Assembly (NCBI GenBank): GCA_963663805.2
Contig: CAXXMR010000009.1
Coordinates: 416,001-480,000 of the forward strand
From: Sedimentisphaerales bacterium
GTDB lineage: Bacteria > Planctomycetota > Phycisphaerae > Sedimentisphaerales > SM23-30
Direction of reading: 5' to 3'
DNA: 64,000 nucleotides
Of this stretch, positions 63,881 to 64,000 are shown in pieces. The notes below the pieces were generated by a model. The model was not told the origin of the DNA, searched no databases, and saw only the letters and a list, made by a program, of their open reading frames with translations. Each line of letters starts with the position of its first letter. Positions within the stretch are counted from its first letter, which is position 1. The position numbers and the translations under genes are program-made.

Positions 63881-64000
63881 CGACGCCTGCCAGGGAAAAC
63901 CGTTCTTGGCCGCCTGCACAATCTCGCGGGCGGCGTCACTGTCGGCGCTGATCTTGGCCTCGTACTGTCAGCTTGTCACCCTCAATAGAGGCCAGGCCGT
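63881..64000 (-). pseudogene. fragment of a phage prohead-protease/major-capsid gene
   Basis: ASIEGDKLTVRG/KISADSDAAREIVQAAKNGFPWQAS resembles the NGFPWQASIG motif of Mu-like head protease-capsid fusions; similarity stops abruptly after WQAS. Confidence 0.6.

Overview
Bacterial chromosomal window, most likely from a Planctomycetota/Phycisphaerae (Sedimentisphaerales-like) genome. This is inferred from a prepilin/H-X9-DG protein, PEP-CTERM and dockerin-like tails, an LEPRxLL-type giant protein and a GLUG-repeat protein. From left to right: (1) a REC-multiPAS sensor whose H-box lacks the phospho-His. (2) Convergent tRNA-Ser(GCT) and tRNA(CAT) enclosing an integrase relic interrupted by a 651-bp internally deleted IS. 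(3) A GH20 hexosaminidase. (4) A four-gene signalling cassette (HD-GYP, CHASE kinase, two HDOD proteins). (5) A ~25-kb polysaccharide-utilisation locus with a divergent XylR-type regulator. It opens with a pilin-like gene and three paralogous secreted proteins carrying two different surface tails, followed by unclassified putative CAZymes, kduI/kduD, GH2, a TRAP transporter, an MFS transporter and GH78. (6) HEAT-repeat and other conserved hypothetical genes. (7) A ~12.7-kb (~4,200 aa) giant surface protein ending in a metzincin motif, broken by many single-base homopolymer indels that are probably read errors. (8) A corrinoid protein, an Asp-box protein, a GLUG protein and a phage head-protease relic at the right edge. 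All family assignments come from motif recognition, not database searches.
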